DNA of 64,000 bases, taken from Oceanispirochaeta sp. GTDB lineage: Bacteria; Spirochaetota; Spirochaetia; DSM-2461. The notes beneath the pieces were generated by a model that saw only the letters and a program-made list of their open reading frames with translations, did not search any database and was not told where the DNA came from. Below are positions 1 to 10,921 of the stretch, piece by piece (the stretch's first letter is position 1; every line of letters begins with the position of its first letter). The DNA lies in the NCBI GenBank assembly GCA_963663385.2, contig CAXXXD010000003.1, positions 960,001 to 1,024,000 on the forward strand, in the 5' to 3' direction. The position numbers were made by a program, and so were the translations under genes.

Positions 1-1
1 T

Positions 2-970
2 GTGAATACAATAAAGCCCCTTTTCGATATTCTGGAAGTGCTGCCCGGTTACAGGGAGATGGATATCAGTCTCGATTTTCTGATCTCTTTTACCCTGTTC
101 TTTGCCATGATAATCGGAGATGCCGGATATGGTGTGCTTTTTCTTCTGATTACGATCTTTACAAGGTTTAAATTAAAAAAAGGCGGACCGGGTTTTAACC
201 TGATGTATCTTCTCAGTACCGGTACAATCGTCTGGGGTGTATTAACAGGCAACTGGTTCGGCTCTCAGGCTCTCGGAAACTGGGCCCCCCTGAAAGGTCT
301 TGTTTTACCGCAGATTGCAGCGTTTCCGGAACTTTTCGGGGCTGAAATAGATAGCGGTTCGACCATTAAATATATGTGTTTTGTTATTGCTACCATTCAG
401 CTGAGTATAGCCAGGTTCAAGAATTTCGTTTTTAAAATGCCTTCTCTGGTAGCTTTTGAACAGCTGGGCTGGCTCTCCATGCTATTGGGAATATACCATG
501 TAGTACTTTTTCTTGTTCTGGGAATTACACCCATCCCGACCTATGCCATGCAGATGATCGGAGGTGGACTTGTGGCTATAATTCTGTTCAGTCAACAGGA
601 AAAAGGGGTGAATTTCTTTAAGGGTGTGCTTAAGGGATTGAATCCTATCGGTTTATTCCAGCTGTTTCTGGATTCTATCAGTCTGTTGTCGGATATTATC
701 TCCTATATCAGACTATTTGCTGTGGGATTGGCTTCACTGGCAATTGCTGTCAGTTTCAATGCCATGGCGGCGCCGATGATGGCGGAACCTGGTGTGGCGA
801 TGATTGGAGGAGTCTTGATCCTTCTGCTTGGACACATGCTTAATATTGTTATGGGAGCCCTTTCACTGATAGTTCATGGTGTAAGGCTCAATATGCTGGA
901 ATATTCAGGCCATCTGGATATGGAATGGTCTGGTTTTAAATATGCGCCTTTTAAAAAGGTGCAGGAATAA
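2..970 (+). CDS. atpI: V/A-type ATP synthase subunit I (a), 5'-truncated by window edge
   Basis: Multi-TM protein with F-x-x-I-I-G-D-A-G-Y-G, SYIRLFAVGLA (essential Arg) and VHGVRLNMLE motifs; subunit K follows. Confidence 0.95.
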   Translation: MNTIKPLFDILEVLPGYREMDISLDFLISFTLFFAMIIGDAGYGVLFLLITIFTRFKLKKGGPGFNLMYLLSTGTIVWGVLTGNWFGSQALGNWAPLKGLVLPQIAAFPELFGAEIDSGSTIKYMCFVIATIQLSIARFKNFVFKMPSLVAFEQLGWLSMLLGIYHVVLFLVLGITPIPTYAMQMIGGGLVAIILFSQQEKGVNFFKGVLKGLNPIGLFQLFLDSISLLSDIISYIRLFAVGLASLAIAVSFNAMAAPMMAEPGVAMIGGVLILLLGHMLNIVMGALSLIVHGVRLNMLEYSGHLDMEWSGFKYAPFKKVQE

Positions 971-997
971 ATAAGAAGAAATTTGAAGGAGATAGGT

Positions 998-1420
998 ATG
1001 GATATTGGATTGATGGGATTTGCTGCTGCATTGGGATTGGCTGGTTTTGGTTCTGCATTTGGTGCAGGTTTTGCAGGTCAGGCTGCTATTGGAGCCTGGA
1101 AAAAGTGTTTTGCTAACAACAAACCCGCCCCCTTCCTTCTGGTTGCATTCGTAGGTGCGCCGCTGACTCAGACCATTTATGGATTTATCCTGATGAACCA
1201 GATGATCGCTTCAGGCGCTGAAGGTTACAAACTGCTTGGTATGGGTGTTTTCGGCGGTCTGGCAATGGGTGCTTCTGCCTATGCACAGGGTAAAGCCGGC
1301 GCCGGTGCTGCCGATGCCATGGGCGAAACCGGAAAAGGTTTTGTTAACTACCTGATGGTACTTGGTGTAATTGAAACTGTTGCCCTTTTTGCCATGGTAT
1401 TCCTGATGGGTGCCCTCTAA
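998..1420 (+). CDS. atpK: V/A-type ATP synthase subunit K (proteolipid)
   Basis: 4-TM Gly/Ala-rich protein with APLTQTIYG and GVIETVALF (ion-binding Glu); ATG at 998 follows AAGGAG. Confidence 0.95.
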   Translation: MDIGLMGFAAALGLAGFGSAFGAGFAGQAAIGAWKKCFANNKPAPFLLVAFVGAPLTQTIYGFILMNQMIASGAEGYKLLGMGVFGGLAMGASAYAQGKAGAGAADAMGETGKGFVNYLMVLGVIETVALFAMVFLMGAL

Positions 1421-1446
1421 ACCGTTTCATTTAATAGTAAATTTCG

Positions 1447-1482
1447 GAGCTGTTCTCCTACGGGAGAACAGCTCTTTTTTTT
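1447..1482 (+). terminator. Rho-independent terminator of ATPase operon
   Basis: Perfect 12-bp stem GAGCTGTTCTCC-TACG-GGAGAACAGCTC followed by T8. Confidence 0.9.
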
Positions 1483-1557
1483 CCGCCCCGGATGATAGAG
1501 AAAAAAACACTTCTGTCTTTTTCCCGAATCCTCTATAATGTGTTTACGAGGTAATAA

Positions 1558-2625
1558 ATGTATTCTGTTCGAGAAGTAAAAGTCGGATCTGTTCTTATGG
1601 GAGGCGGAGCTCCCGCGAGCGTGCAGACCATGTGGGACCGGCCCGTTCCGGAGATAACTGATTCATTGATTCAGACCCTGGAGTCCTATCATAAAAAAGG
1701 CTGTGACCTGATCCGTTTTGCCCTGCCCAGTCTTAATGACGTGGACACTCTTTCAAAACTTATTCCGAAGATAGCCATGCCCATGGTAGGGGACATTCAC
1801 TATGATTATAAAATAGCCGTGAAGGCTCTGGATGCGGGGTTTCAGAAAATCCGTATCAATCCGGGGAATATAGGGGCAGACTGGAAAATCCGGGAAGTTA
1901 TCAAAGCCGCTTCCGATAATGGTGCTGCTATCAGAATAGGGGCCAATGAAGGATCCCTGTCAAAAGAACAGAAAGCCGGCGCTTCGGATGATTCGGTTCA
2001 GGAACGGTCCCGGATTCTGGTGGAGGCTGCAGAGTCCAATCTGGAACTGTTTGAACAATCGGGGTTTAAGAATATTGTTATATCACTTAAATCTTCGGAT
2101 ATTCATGTTACCTATCACTCAAATAAAATGTTCAGGGACCGTCATGACTATCCCCTTCACCTTGGAATTACCGAGGCGGGGCCCTTAATTCCGGCAATCG
2201 TTAAATCTACGGTTGGATTGACCGATCTTTTAAAAGAGGGGATAGGCGAAACGGTCAGGATATCCATTTCGGACAATCCCGAGTATGAAATCCTTGCGGC
2301 CAATGAACTTCTTGGTAATCTGGGACTCCGGAAGGGACGGATTAATATCATCTCCTGTCCCAAATGCGGCCGTTCCAGTTTCGATACCCATGCTTTTCTT
2401 GAATCTGTAAAGGAAGAGCTGTATACCCTTCCCATGGATGTTTCTGTTGCTATTATGGGCTGTACTGTGAATGGACCGGGAGAAGCTTCCCATGCGGATC
2501 TCGGGATTACAGGATACGGCAATCAGGTTCAGATATTCAGACATGGAAAAATCATTCGGAGGGAAGATCCTTGTTCAGCAAAAGATGCTTTTCTGGAAGA
2601 ACTGGCGCGATTGCAGCAGGACTGA
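1558..2625 (+). CDS. ispG: (E)-4-hydroxy-3-methylbut-2-enyl-diphosphate synthase
   Basis: VQTM, GDIHY, RINPGNIG, PLHLGITEAG, SCPKCGR, MGCTVNGPGE motifs. Confidence 0.96.
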   Translation: MYSVREVKVGSVLMGGGAPASVQTMWDRPVPEITDSLIQTLESYHKKGCDLIRFALPSLNDVDTLSKLIPKIAMPMVGDIHYDYKIAVKALDAGFQKIRINPGNIGADWKIREVIKAASDNGAAIRIGANEGSLSKEQKAGASDDSVQERSRILVEAAESNLELFEQSGFKNIVISLKSSDIHVTYHSNKMFRDRHDYPLHLGITEAGPLIPAIVKSTVGLTDLLKEGIGETVRISISDNPEYEILAANELLGNLGLRKGRINIISCPKCGRSSFDTHAFLESVKEELYTLPMDVSVAIMGCTVNGPGEASHADLGITGYGNQVQIFRHGKIIRREDPCSAKDAFLEELARLQQD

Positions 2626-3689
2626 TCCTGCTTGTTTCCTTTTACTGTGCTGCTCAAAGTGTGGAGGATTCCCATCTCCCCGGGTGGGTTTTATACGAAA
2701 AGGGATTGTCTCTCTATGAAAGAGGCGAGCTCGGTCTTGCCCTGGAGTATCTGAACCTTTCCGCCAAAGAAGGGGTTCTGACTCCTGAAGCCCTCTACAG
2801 AATAGGCCGTATCTATGAAGAGGAAGGGGATTATCTTCTGGCGGAGATGCGCTACAATGAAGCCCTGAAGGACGCCCGTTTTCTTTATGTTCCTGAAGAT
2901 AAATGGCTGATTCAGTACAGTCTGGCAGGTATATACCTTAACAGAAAGGAGAATGATCGCTACGAGCAGCAGCTCCTGTCCATTTTCGATGAAGAGATGA
3001 AGAGGAATGAAGAAATAATCCGCAGGGAGCACTCCTATGTTCAGATGTTGAAAGAGAGTGGTATGGATAAACTCCTTCTGTTGTTCCGTATCCGCCTGGA
3101 ATTCTCCCAGGAAGCCGCTGCCCAACTCGGTGTCTACTATGCCCGTTCGGGTGAGTGGAAAAGTTCCATCATCAAAAACCTTTATACCGTCTTAACCTAC
3201 TTTTCGGGAGGGCTGGATTTCATAATGGAGAAGGATCCGGAATTCTCTTTTCCCGTTGACCTGGAAGAAATCCTGGAATCGGATCAGGAGTTCCTTATTT
3301 CACTTTATGAAGGGTACGCAGAGGAAGTTGAGGGCGGCTTTCTTTTCCGGAGGAATCTGGATACCCTGGCACCTCTTGCTGTAAATGAGGATATTCAGAA
3401 GGCCGGGAAGATCATTCTTTCCCGTAATCCTTTTTTTCATATGTCTCCCTCCCTGTATGCCCTGAGAAAAATGGAATGTGAGAGCGGGTTGGACGCTTTT
3501 TTGGAATCGGGGAAACTTTATCGGGCTCTTTTTTATCTCGCACTCTCTCTCTATAATGAGGGCTTTCCGGAAAGAGCGGAGGAGATCTGGACCCTTGTAT
3601 CCCTGAGCGGCAGGGATACCTCCTGGAGAACCCTCAGTAAAAAGGCCCTTGGAGATCCGGAGATCCAGACCTCTTTTCTTATTTACTAA
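2571..3689 (+). CDS. Exported TPR-containing hypothetical protein (start uncertain)
   Basis: N-terminal hydrophobic segment, TPR-like helices ([15 protein letters not shown]); overlaps the ispG end. Confidence 0.7.
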   Translation: MFSKRCFSGRTGAIAAGLILLVSFYCAAQSVEDSHLPGWVLYEKGLSLYERGELGLALEYLNLSAKEGVLTPEALYRIGRIYEEEGDYLLAEMRYNEALKDARFLYVPEDKWLIQYSLAGIYLNRKENDRYEQQLLSIFDEEMKRNEEIIRREHSYVQMLKESGMDKLLLLFRIRLEFSQEAAAQLGVYYARSGEWKSSIIKNLYTVLTYFSGGLDFIMEKDPEFSFPVDLEEILESDQEFLISLYEGYAEEVEGGFLFRRNLDTLAPLAVNEDIQKAGKIILSRNPFFHMSPSLYALRKMECESGLDAFLESGKLYRALFYLALSLYNEGFPERAEEIWTLVSLSGRDTSWRTLSKKALGDPEIQTSFLIY

Positions 3690-3709
3690 ACAGGAGTATA
3701 GTATCTCGT

Positions 3710-6529
3710 ATGAGAAATATTATAGTCAAAGGTGCCCGTGAGCATAATTTAAAAGATGTAGACCTGGAACTGCCCAGGGATAAGTTCATTGTTATTTCCG
3801 GACTGAGCGGCAGCGGAAAGTCATCCCTTGCTTTTGATACCATATTTGCCGAAGGTCAGAGGCGTTATGTTGAATCACTGTCTGCCTATGCCCGGCAGTT
3901 TCTCGGCAAAATGGATAAACCCGATGTGGATTATATCGAAGGTTTATCTCCGGCCATTTCCATAGAACAGAAAACTACTCACAAAAATCCCCGGTCGACG
4001 GTCGGAACCATAACGGAGATCTATGACTACCTGAGACTCCTTTTTGCGCGGATAGGTGTTCCGCATTGTCCGGACTGCGGTATAGAGATCAAGGAACAGT
4101 CTGTTGACCAGATTATTGATGCGGTTGTCTCCAAGGAGGAGGAGAGCCGGCTGATGATTCTGGCTCCCATTGTCCGCGGTAAAAAGGGGGAACACCGGAA
4201 AATATTCGAAGATGCCCTGAAATCGGGATTCCTGCGGGTGAGGGTGGATGGAGAAATCCTTTCGCTGGAAGATGAGATAAAACTTGAAAAAAACAGAAAG
4301 CATACCATAGAAATTGTTGTGGATCGTGTGAAACTTTCGAAGGAGACCATATCCCGTTTAACCCAGTCTATCGAGACGGCTCTCTCCATCGCGGATGGAC
4401 AGGTCATCATACTGGATAAACGGAAGGAAGGAGATACGGAGCAGTTTTTTTCAGAGAAAAACTCCTGCCCCAGCTGCGGGTTCAGCATGCCTGAACTGCA
4501 GCCGCGCCTGTTCAGTTTTAATAATCCATACGGAGCCTGTCCGGATTGCTCGGGACTGGGACAGACCCTGGAATTCTCAAGAGACCTCATCTTTCCGGAT
4601 TTGAACCTCTCTTTCAATGAACACGGGGTAGCTCCCTACAATCCCAGTGCCAACTGGCACAGGAGCTGGTTTGAAGCTCTCTCCAGACATTACGGTTTCT
4701 CTCTTGATACGCCCCTGAAGGATCTGGATCCTGGGCTCCTGGATATCATGCTTTACGGATCGGACGATGCCATTGAAGTTCTCTACGAAAACAGGGAGGG
4801 AACCGGTCGCTTTGAGTACAATTCCCAGTACAAGGGGATTATAGACGATCTGAAGAGGCGGTACCGGGAGACTTCGTCGGACTCCATGAAAAGCTGGATT
4901 GAAGAGTTTATGGAGAAGCGGATCTGTCATAGCTGCGGCGGAAAAAGACTGAAAAAAGAGTCCCTCCATGTCCTTGTTCACAAGAGGAATATTGATGATC
5001 TGACAAGGCTTTCCATTAAGGAAAGTATTGCTTTTTTCAATAAACTGGAGCTGGGAGAAACGGAAAAGCATATTGCCCAGCAGATCCTGAAGGAGATCAG
5101 GGACCGATTGACTTTCCTGGAAAGTGTGGGCCTTGAGTACCTGACTCTGCACCGGGAAGCTGCCACTCTCTCAGGAGGAGAAGCGCAGCGCATACGCCTG
5201 GCAACCCAGATCGGTTCATCCCTTGTGGGGGTGCTCTATATTCTGGATGAGCCGACCATCGGACTGCATCAGAGAGATAATGAAAGGCTGATTAATACTC
5301 TCAAGCACTTGAGGGATATCGGAAATACCCTGATTGTCGTTGAGCATGATGAACAGACTCTGAGAACGGCAGACTATATTGTCGATATGGGACCGGGGGC
5401 CGGGGTTCACGGCGGACAGGTAGCCGCCAGGGGCTCTCTTCAGGATATTCTGGATAATCCCGGAAGTCCTACCGGGCAGTTTTTAAGCGGTAAGGTCAGA
5501 ATCGACTGCCCGGCGGAACGAAGGAAAGGGAATGGAAATCTGATTACCGTAAAAGGGGCGACAGAGCATAATCTGAAAAATGTGGATATCGCCATTCCCC
5601 TTGGAACCATGACTGTTATCACGGGAGTCTCCGGCTCCGGGAAATCAACATTCCTGACGGATATTCTCTATCCGGCTCTCAGCAATAGGCTTCACAGGAC
5701 CAAGCATCCCGTAGGGGCTCACAGGGAGATAAGCGGTCTGGAGAATATCGACAAGGTAATCTGTATCGATCAAAGCCCCATCGGGCGTACACCCCGATCC
5801 AATCCGGCAACGTATGTTGGACTTTTTTCTCCGGTAAGGGACCTTTTTGCCTCCCTGCCCGAATCAAAGGCCCGCGGATTCAAACCGGGCCGTTTCTCCT
5901 TTAATGTTAAAGGCGGGCGCTGCGAGCACTGTCAGGGAGCGGGTACCCAGAAAATTGAGATGCACTTTCTGCCCGATGTATATGTAACCTGCGATGTGTG
6001 CAAGGGAAAGCGCTTTAACAGGGAAACCCTGGATGTCCGATATAAGGGAAAGAATATTCATGAAGTCCTTGAACTCTCTGTAGACGATGCTGTCGATTTT
6101 TTCGCTGCGGTTCCTTCCATTGCTCATAAATGCCGGACCCTGCAGTCCGTCGGATTGGGGTATATCAAACTGGGGCAGTCTGCCCTGACCCTGTCCGGCG
6201 GTGAAGCACAGCGTGTTAAACTCTCCCTCGAACTGTCAAAGCGGCAGACGGGAAAAACTTTTTATATTATTGACGAACCGACTACCGGCCTTCATTTTGC
6301 GGATGTAAAGCAGCTTCTGGAAGTTCTGCAGACCCTTGTTGATAAGAAAAATACTATTTGTATGATCGAGCACAACCTTGATGTGATTAAACAGTCTGAT
6401 TATATCATCGATCTGGGGCCTGAAGGCGGGGATAAGGGCGGTAATATTGTCAAGGCGGGGACTCCGGAAGAAGTGGCGGAATGTGCTGATTCCTATACCG
6501 GACGATTCCTGAAAGAGCTGCTTATCTGA
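3710..6529 (+). CDS. uvrA: Excinuclease ABC subunit A
   Basis: Two Walker A motifs ([16 protein letters not shown]), two LSGGE signatures, CxxC zinc fingers, 939 aa. Confidence 0.99.
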   Translation: MRNIIVKGAREHNLKDVDLELPRDKFIVISGLSGSGKSSLAFDTIFAEGQRRYVESLSAYARQFLGKMDKPDVDYIEGLSPAISIEQKTTHKNPRSTVGTITEIYDYLRLLFARIGVPHCPDCGIEIKEQSVDQIIDAVVSKEEESRLMILAPIVRGKKGEHRKIFEDALKSGFLRVRVDGEILSLEDEIKLEKNRKHTIEIVVDRVKLSKETISRLTQSIETALSIADGQVIILDKRKEGDTEQFFSEKNSCPSCGFSMPELQPRLFSFNNPYGACPDCSGLGQTLEFSRDLIFPDLNLSFNEHGVAPYNPSANWHRSWFEALSRHYGFSLDTPLKDLDPGLLDIMLYGSDDAIEVLYENREGTGRFEYNSQYKGIIDDLKRRYRETSSDSMKSWIEEFMEKRICHSCGGKRLKKESLHVLVHKRNIDDLTRLSIKESIAFFNKLELGETEKHIAQQILKEIRDRLTFLESVGLEYLTLHREAATLSGGEAQRIRLATQIGSSLVGVLYILDEPTIGLHQRDNERLINTLKHLRDIGNTLIVVEHDEQTLRTADYIVDMGPGAGVHGGQVAARGSLQDILDNPGSPTGQFLSGKVRIDCPAERRKGNGNLITVKGATEHNLKNVDIAIPLGTMTVITGVSGSGKSTFLTDILYPALSNRLHRTKHPVGAHREISGLENIDKVICIDQSPIGRTPRSNPATYVGLFSPVRDLFASLPESKARGFKPGRFSFNVKGGRCEHCQGAGTQKIEMHFLPDVYVTCDVCKGKRFNRETLDVRYKGKNIHEVLELSVDDAVDFFAAVPSIAHKCRTLQSVGLGYIKLGQSALTLSGGEAQRVKLSLELSKRQTGKTFYIIDEPTTGLHFADVKQLLEVLQTLVDKKNTICMIEHNLDVIKQSDYIIDLGPEGGDKGGNIVKAGTPEEVAECADSYTGRFLKELLI

Positions 6530-6530
6530 A

Positions 6531-9500
6531 ATGACAAATAAAAAACAGGCTCTTTTCTTTGTGTTATTCTTTCTTCTCGTCTCTTTTATTCCTGCCAGGG
6601 AAATGGTGAGTGCTTCTTCCCGGGAAGAAGCGGTATCAGAGGCGGACACAGCTTCACAGGATGATCCTCTGATATCGGATGAGGATAGGGACGAAACGGA
6701 ACGTTCCGAAGAGAATCTTCCTGCGGCGGAAGAGTCTGAGTCTCTTTATGAGAAAACCCTGAAGAGGGATATCGAGACTGCCGGATATTATGAACTCCTT
6801 GCCTGGGTGCGCAGTCTGAACCTGCCGGATCAGGGGAATATCGATGTTTTAAGGAACCAGCTTTATACTTTCTATGAGATTACAAGGAGTAGAAAAGCCT
6901 CTCCTGCGGGTTCACTGATTATCATTAAATCCGCCAAGGATACGGACTATTTTACCATTGAAGAAAAGGATCATCAGATGATCCGTCTGAAAGGGAATGT
7001 GCTTGTAGAGATGGAGGAAGGTGATTCCAACCGGAAGCATATAATAAGCGCGGATGAGCTGATTTTCAATCAGACGGAGAAAACCATAACCGCCCAGGGT
7101 AATCTGGAATATAAAATGATCAGCGGAGACTATGAGGACCTGTTTTACGGCGACAGCTTAACCTTTTCCATCTCTTCCTGGAACGGTGTCATTTTTAAAG
7201 GATCCTCCCATCGGAAAGAAGTCGTGGAGGGTGTGGAACGTACCTTTTATTTTAACGGCGAACTGATTCGTAAATCTGGAAAGGGCGGCGTTTTTATTCT
7301 GGAGGATGGTTCTGTTCAAACCCAGGATGTGAATGATCCGGACTTCCATCTTGAAGCTCAGAGGCTTTGGCTGATGGGACCGAAGGAGTGGGGTATCAGG
7401 CATGGAATCCTCTATATCGGTCATGTTCCGGTTCTTTATATTCCCTTCTATTACAAGCCGGGAAATGAAATGATTTTTAATCCCGTCATCGGATCACGAA
7501 TGCGGGAAGGCAATTTTATTCAGACAACCACCTACCTGATAGGACGGAAAGATGCCAGCCAGGATCTGTCTTTTTTTAAACTTGGAGATACAAACGAGCA
7601 AAATTACAAGCTGGTCCGGGAAGGCTTGTATTTAATGAAGATTAATGAACCTCCTGACGAAAAGACAGATGATTCCCTTAAGGTGATGGGCGACTGGTAC
7701 TCCCGTCTGGGAGCCTTTACGGGAATCGACGGTGAGTTTTACAACAAGGGGATTCTGAACAGTATTGATTTCACAAGCGGAATCGGTGTAAGCCGTACAA
7801 TCAGTGATGCAAATAATATCTACTATCTCGATGAATCCGGGTATGTGGAGGACTGGAACAGCACTGTTGTAGGAACAGAAGAGTATCCCTTTCGCTGGGG
7901 ACAGACCCTCTCTTTTAAAACAGACAGTCTGACCGGCTCTTTCCAATTCTATTCGGATCCCTATTTTAATCAGGATTTCAGGGACAGGGAGGAGTCATTT
8001 GACTGGCTGAATACATTAATGACCAATGATATGAGCGAAGAAGATGATCCCGACCTAATAACGGATATGGACTGGATACTGAGTTATTCCCACACGTTTA
8101 CTCCTTCCTTTCTGTCTCCTGCAGTCAATAGTATTAACCTTTCAGAGGTGCGTTTTCAGGTGGACTGGAACAGGAAGGAGAACCAGTCGGACAGCCTGAT
8201 TTATGACAATGATCCTGCCAGGGAGTTTTTCTATCCGGAAAGTGTCAGTCTGCCTTATGCCAAGATCAGCATTGGAGGCACGCCGCTCTCCTATTCTACC
8301 GCTGAAGGCTGGGGATGGAAAAAAAACGAGACCCGGACAGAATTGATTGACGGGGAAGATGATCTGATCCCACCCTGGGCTTCTGATGACGCTCCAGATG
8401 AAGAAGAAGAGGTTCGGGATGAAGAGAAATTGATGCCCGGTGAGTTCTGGAGCCCCCGTTTTACGGATTATACGACCACCATTTATAAAAACTCACTGAC
8501 CTACACAATGTCTTCCATGATAAATATGGAATCCGAAACCAGTCATGATGAGTGGGACTCTCCGGATGAAGTTGAATTCGGAGTGGATGAGTCTCTTTTC
8601 ATAACAAATAATTCCCTGTCAACTAAGTTCGATAATCAGTTTTTTGACAATATTTTCGGTATCGTCAATTCCAATGCCTACTCGGTAAACTATAGGACAC
8701 ACCTGAATACGCTGGGGGCCGATACATCGCTTCTGGAATACAGTGATGATCTGAGCGACTATCAATACCATTCCATCAACTGGAACAACGATCTGAATGC
8801 CTATTTCTACCCATTGAAATCTTCAAAGGAGTTTTCCCAGTCCAAATGGACTTACAATTTTGATAATCTTTTATACGAAAAAACGTTTGACAGCTATATT
8901 GAGGGGGAAAGCCCTCTATATGATGAAAACTGGGCTTCCTGGGATGAGGAGGGGATCGACAGGCACAATACGGGGATCCTGATAAAATACAATCCCGATT
9001 TTTACTATATCAGCACAAATGCCGTGTTTGATCTTCCCCCTATGGACAGAAAGGATTCCTATACGAATCAGGCCGGATTAACAATTTTCAACTGGACCTC
9101 AAATCTGAGCCAATCCATTACTCTGGAAGAAGATGAATGGACTTACCTGCCCCTTGTTTTTACCAATATCTATAAACCTTTTGATAAGCTCAGATTAGAA
9201 CAGGATTTAACCTATGACTTTGAGGAGGACTCCCTTTCCAAAAGCCGTTCCTATATCAAAGCATGGGGGTACTATATGGAATATACCCGTGAGTATACCA
9301 CCCCCTATACCTGGGACCGGCAGGAACTGGACTGGATTGAAGAGGAGAAGGCATTTGTTCCCTCCCGTTTCAGTACCGGGTATACATGGGATTTTGATAG
9401 GGATAAGCTATGGAAAAACAGAATTACCACAAGCTCTGACCTTACACTGGACTGGTCAGTCAATCTGCAGCAGTTTAACAATAATACCTTAAGCTTCAAG

Positions 9501-9899
9501 TGGAACTATAATTTCCGGATCTATCAATTTATGGACTTAAAGTTTTCCATGGTATCCAGTAATAACAATATGTACCTTTACATCCCCTACTATAGAGAGA
9601 AATTCGACATAGAAGAGGAGTACAGTTTTCTGGATGACCTGAAAAAATCCTTTTATCTATTTAATGAACAGGAGCGTTATGAATCCTATTTTAATCTTGA
9701 AAAAATAAATCTCACTCTTGTTCACCATCTGCGGGAATGGGACCTGACTCTCTCCTATTCCGGAGTTCCGAAGCTGGAGGATAAGAGGTATAACTGGAAA
9801 TCGGAATTCTCCATCTTCCTCAAATGGAATCCAATCCCCCAGATTCAGTCGGACATCCAATATAAGGATGAACAGTGGCTTGTCGATACCGAGTCCTGA
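6531..9899 (+). CDS. lptD: LptD-like outer-membrane assembly protein
   Basis: Signal peptide, OstA-like N-terminus (LYIGHVPVLYIPF, FNPVIGSRMREGNFIQTT), aromatic-rich barrel; uvrA-lptD adjacency recalled from Treponema/Borrelia. Confidence 0.75.
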   Translation: MTNKKQALFFVLFFLLVSFIPAREMVSASSREEAVSEADTASQDDPLISDEDRDETERSEENLPAAEESESLYEKTLKRDIETAGYYELLAWVRSLNLPDQGNIDVLRNQLYTFYEITRSRKASPAGSLIIIKSAKDTDYFTIEEKDHQMIRLKGNVLVEMEEGDSNRKHIISADELIFNQTEKTITAQGNLEYKMISGDYEDLFYGDSLTFSISSWNGVIFKGSSHRKEVVEGVERTFYFNGELIRKSGKGGVFILEDGSVQTQDVNDPDFHLEAQRLWLMGPKEWGIRHGILYIGHVPVLYIPFYYKPGNEMIFNPVIGSRMREGNFIQTTTYLIGRKDASQDLSFFKLGDTNEQNYKLVREGLYLMKINEPPDEKTDDSLKVMGDWYSRLGAFTGIDGEFYNKGILNSIDFTSGIGVSRTISDANNIYYLDESGYVEDWNSTVVGTEEYPFRWGQTLSFKTDSLTGSFQFYSDPYFNQDFRDREESFDWLNTLMTNDMSEEDDPDLITDMDWILSYSHTFTPSFLSPAVNSINLSEVRFQVDWNRKENQSDSLIYDNDPAREFFYPESVSLPYAKISIGGTPLSYSTAEGWGWKKNETRTELIDGEDDLIPPWASDDAPDEEEEVRDEEKLMPGEFWSPRFTDYTTTIYKNSLTYTMSSMINMESETSHDEWDSPDEVEFGVDESLFITNNSLSTKFDNQFFDNIFGIVNSNAYSVNYRTHLNTLGADTSLLEYSDDLSDYQYHSINWNNDLNAYFYPLKSSKEFSQSKWTYNFDNLLYEKTFDSYIEGESPLYDENWASWDEEGIDRHNTGILIKYNPDFYYISTNAVFDLPPMDRKDSYTNQAGLTIFNWTSNLSQSITLEEDEWTYLPLVFTNIYKPFDKLRLEQDLTYDFEEDSLSKSRSYIKAWGYYMEYTREYTTPYTWDRQELDWIEEEKAFVPSRFSTGYTWDFDRDKLWKNRITTSSDLTLDWSVNLQQFNNNTLSFKWNYNFRIYQFMDLKFSMVSSNNNMYLYIPYYREKFDIEEEYSFLDDLKKSFYLFNEQERYESYFNLEKINLTLVHHLREWDLTLSYSGVPKLEDKRYNWKSEFSIFLKWNPIPQIQSDIQYKDEQWLVDTES

Positions 9900-9910
9900 G
9901 CCGGGCCTTC

Positions 9911-9940
9911 TTGACTACCGGAAGGTTCTGACGTTAAACT
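9911..9940 (+). promoter_or_regulatory. Putative sigma70 promoter of phoH operon
   Basis: TTGACT-18 nt-TAAACT upstream of AAGGA RBS and TTG start. Confidence 0.45.
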
Positions 9941-9961
9941 GACAGATAACAAGGAACACAT

Positions 9962-10921
9962 TTGACAAAAACAGACTTGATAACAATTGATGATCCGGAG
10001 CTTTTAAGAAAAATCTGCGGACCTCATGATCGGAATCTGAAACAACTGGAAAATCTCCTTAGTTCCAAAATATACACCAGAGGTAATGAAATACATCTGG
10101 ATGGTAATAATTCTGATCAAGCCAGTCTCTTCCGGCAAATCATAAAAGAAATGGAATATTCCGCAAAAAACGACAGACTTACGGATAAATATATGGTGAA
10201 GACCATATTCGATGCCTGTTCGTCCGGAGACCGGAAGGATAGAGAACAGCTGAGGGATTCCGGGCTGAATATCCCCGGGGGGGTATCTAAGATTATCCCG
10301 CGAAATCTGAATCAGCAGTATTACATGGACACTATGAGGAACCATGATCTGGTATTCGGTCTTGGCCCGGCGGGAACGGGGAAAACCTATCTGGCTATTG
10401 CCTATGCCCTGAGTGAAGTTCTGGGCAGGCGCTGCCGGAAGCTGATACTGTCCCGACCTGTTATTGAAGCAGGTGAAAATCTCGGGTACCTGCCGGGAGA
10501 TCTGACCCAGAAACTGGATCCCTATCTTAAACCTCTATATGACGCGATGGAGGATCTTCTGCAGCCGGGAACTCTTCAAAGGATGCACGAAAATAACATG
10601 ATAGAAATTTCACCCCTTGCCTATATGAGAGGCCGGAGCCTGCGTAACAGTATCATCGTTCTTGATGAAGCGCAGAATACAACCCGGGAACAGATGAAGA
10701 TGTTTCTGACCCGTCTGGGAGAGGGTTCCCGTGCCATTGTCACAGGTGATGTTACCCAGATTGATCTGCCCTGTAAGGAGAAATCCGGTTTAATTCAGGG
10801 GATCGGAATATTAAAAGGTGTAAAGGGTATAGGTTTTGCCTCCTTTACAAGAGAAGATGTGGTCAGGCACCACCTGGTTAAAAAAATATTAGAGGCATAT
10901 GAACAGGAACATTCGAGCTAG
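9962..10921 (+). CDS. phoH: PhoH-family ATPase (YbeZ-like)
   Basis: GPAGTGKT, RPVIEAGENLGYLPG, LAYMRGRS, DEAQN motifs. Confidence 0.95.
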   Translation: MTKTDLITIDDPELLRKICGPHDRNLKQLENLLSSKIYTRGNEIHLDGNNSDQASLFRQIIKEMEYSAKNDRLTDKYMVKTIFDACSSGDRKDREQLRDSGLNIPGGVSKIIPRNLNQQYYMDTMRNHDLVFGLGPAGTGKTYLAIAYALSEVLGRRCRKLILSRPVIEAGENLGYLPGDLTQKLDPYLKPLYDAMEDLLQPGTLQRMHENNMIEISPLAYMRGRSLRNSIIVLDEAQNTTREQMKMFLTRLGEGSRAIVTGDVTQIDLPCKEKSGLIQGIGILKGVKGIGFASFTREDVVRHHLVKKILEAYEQEHSS

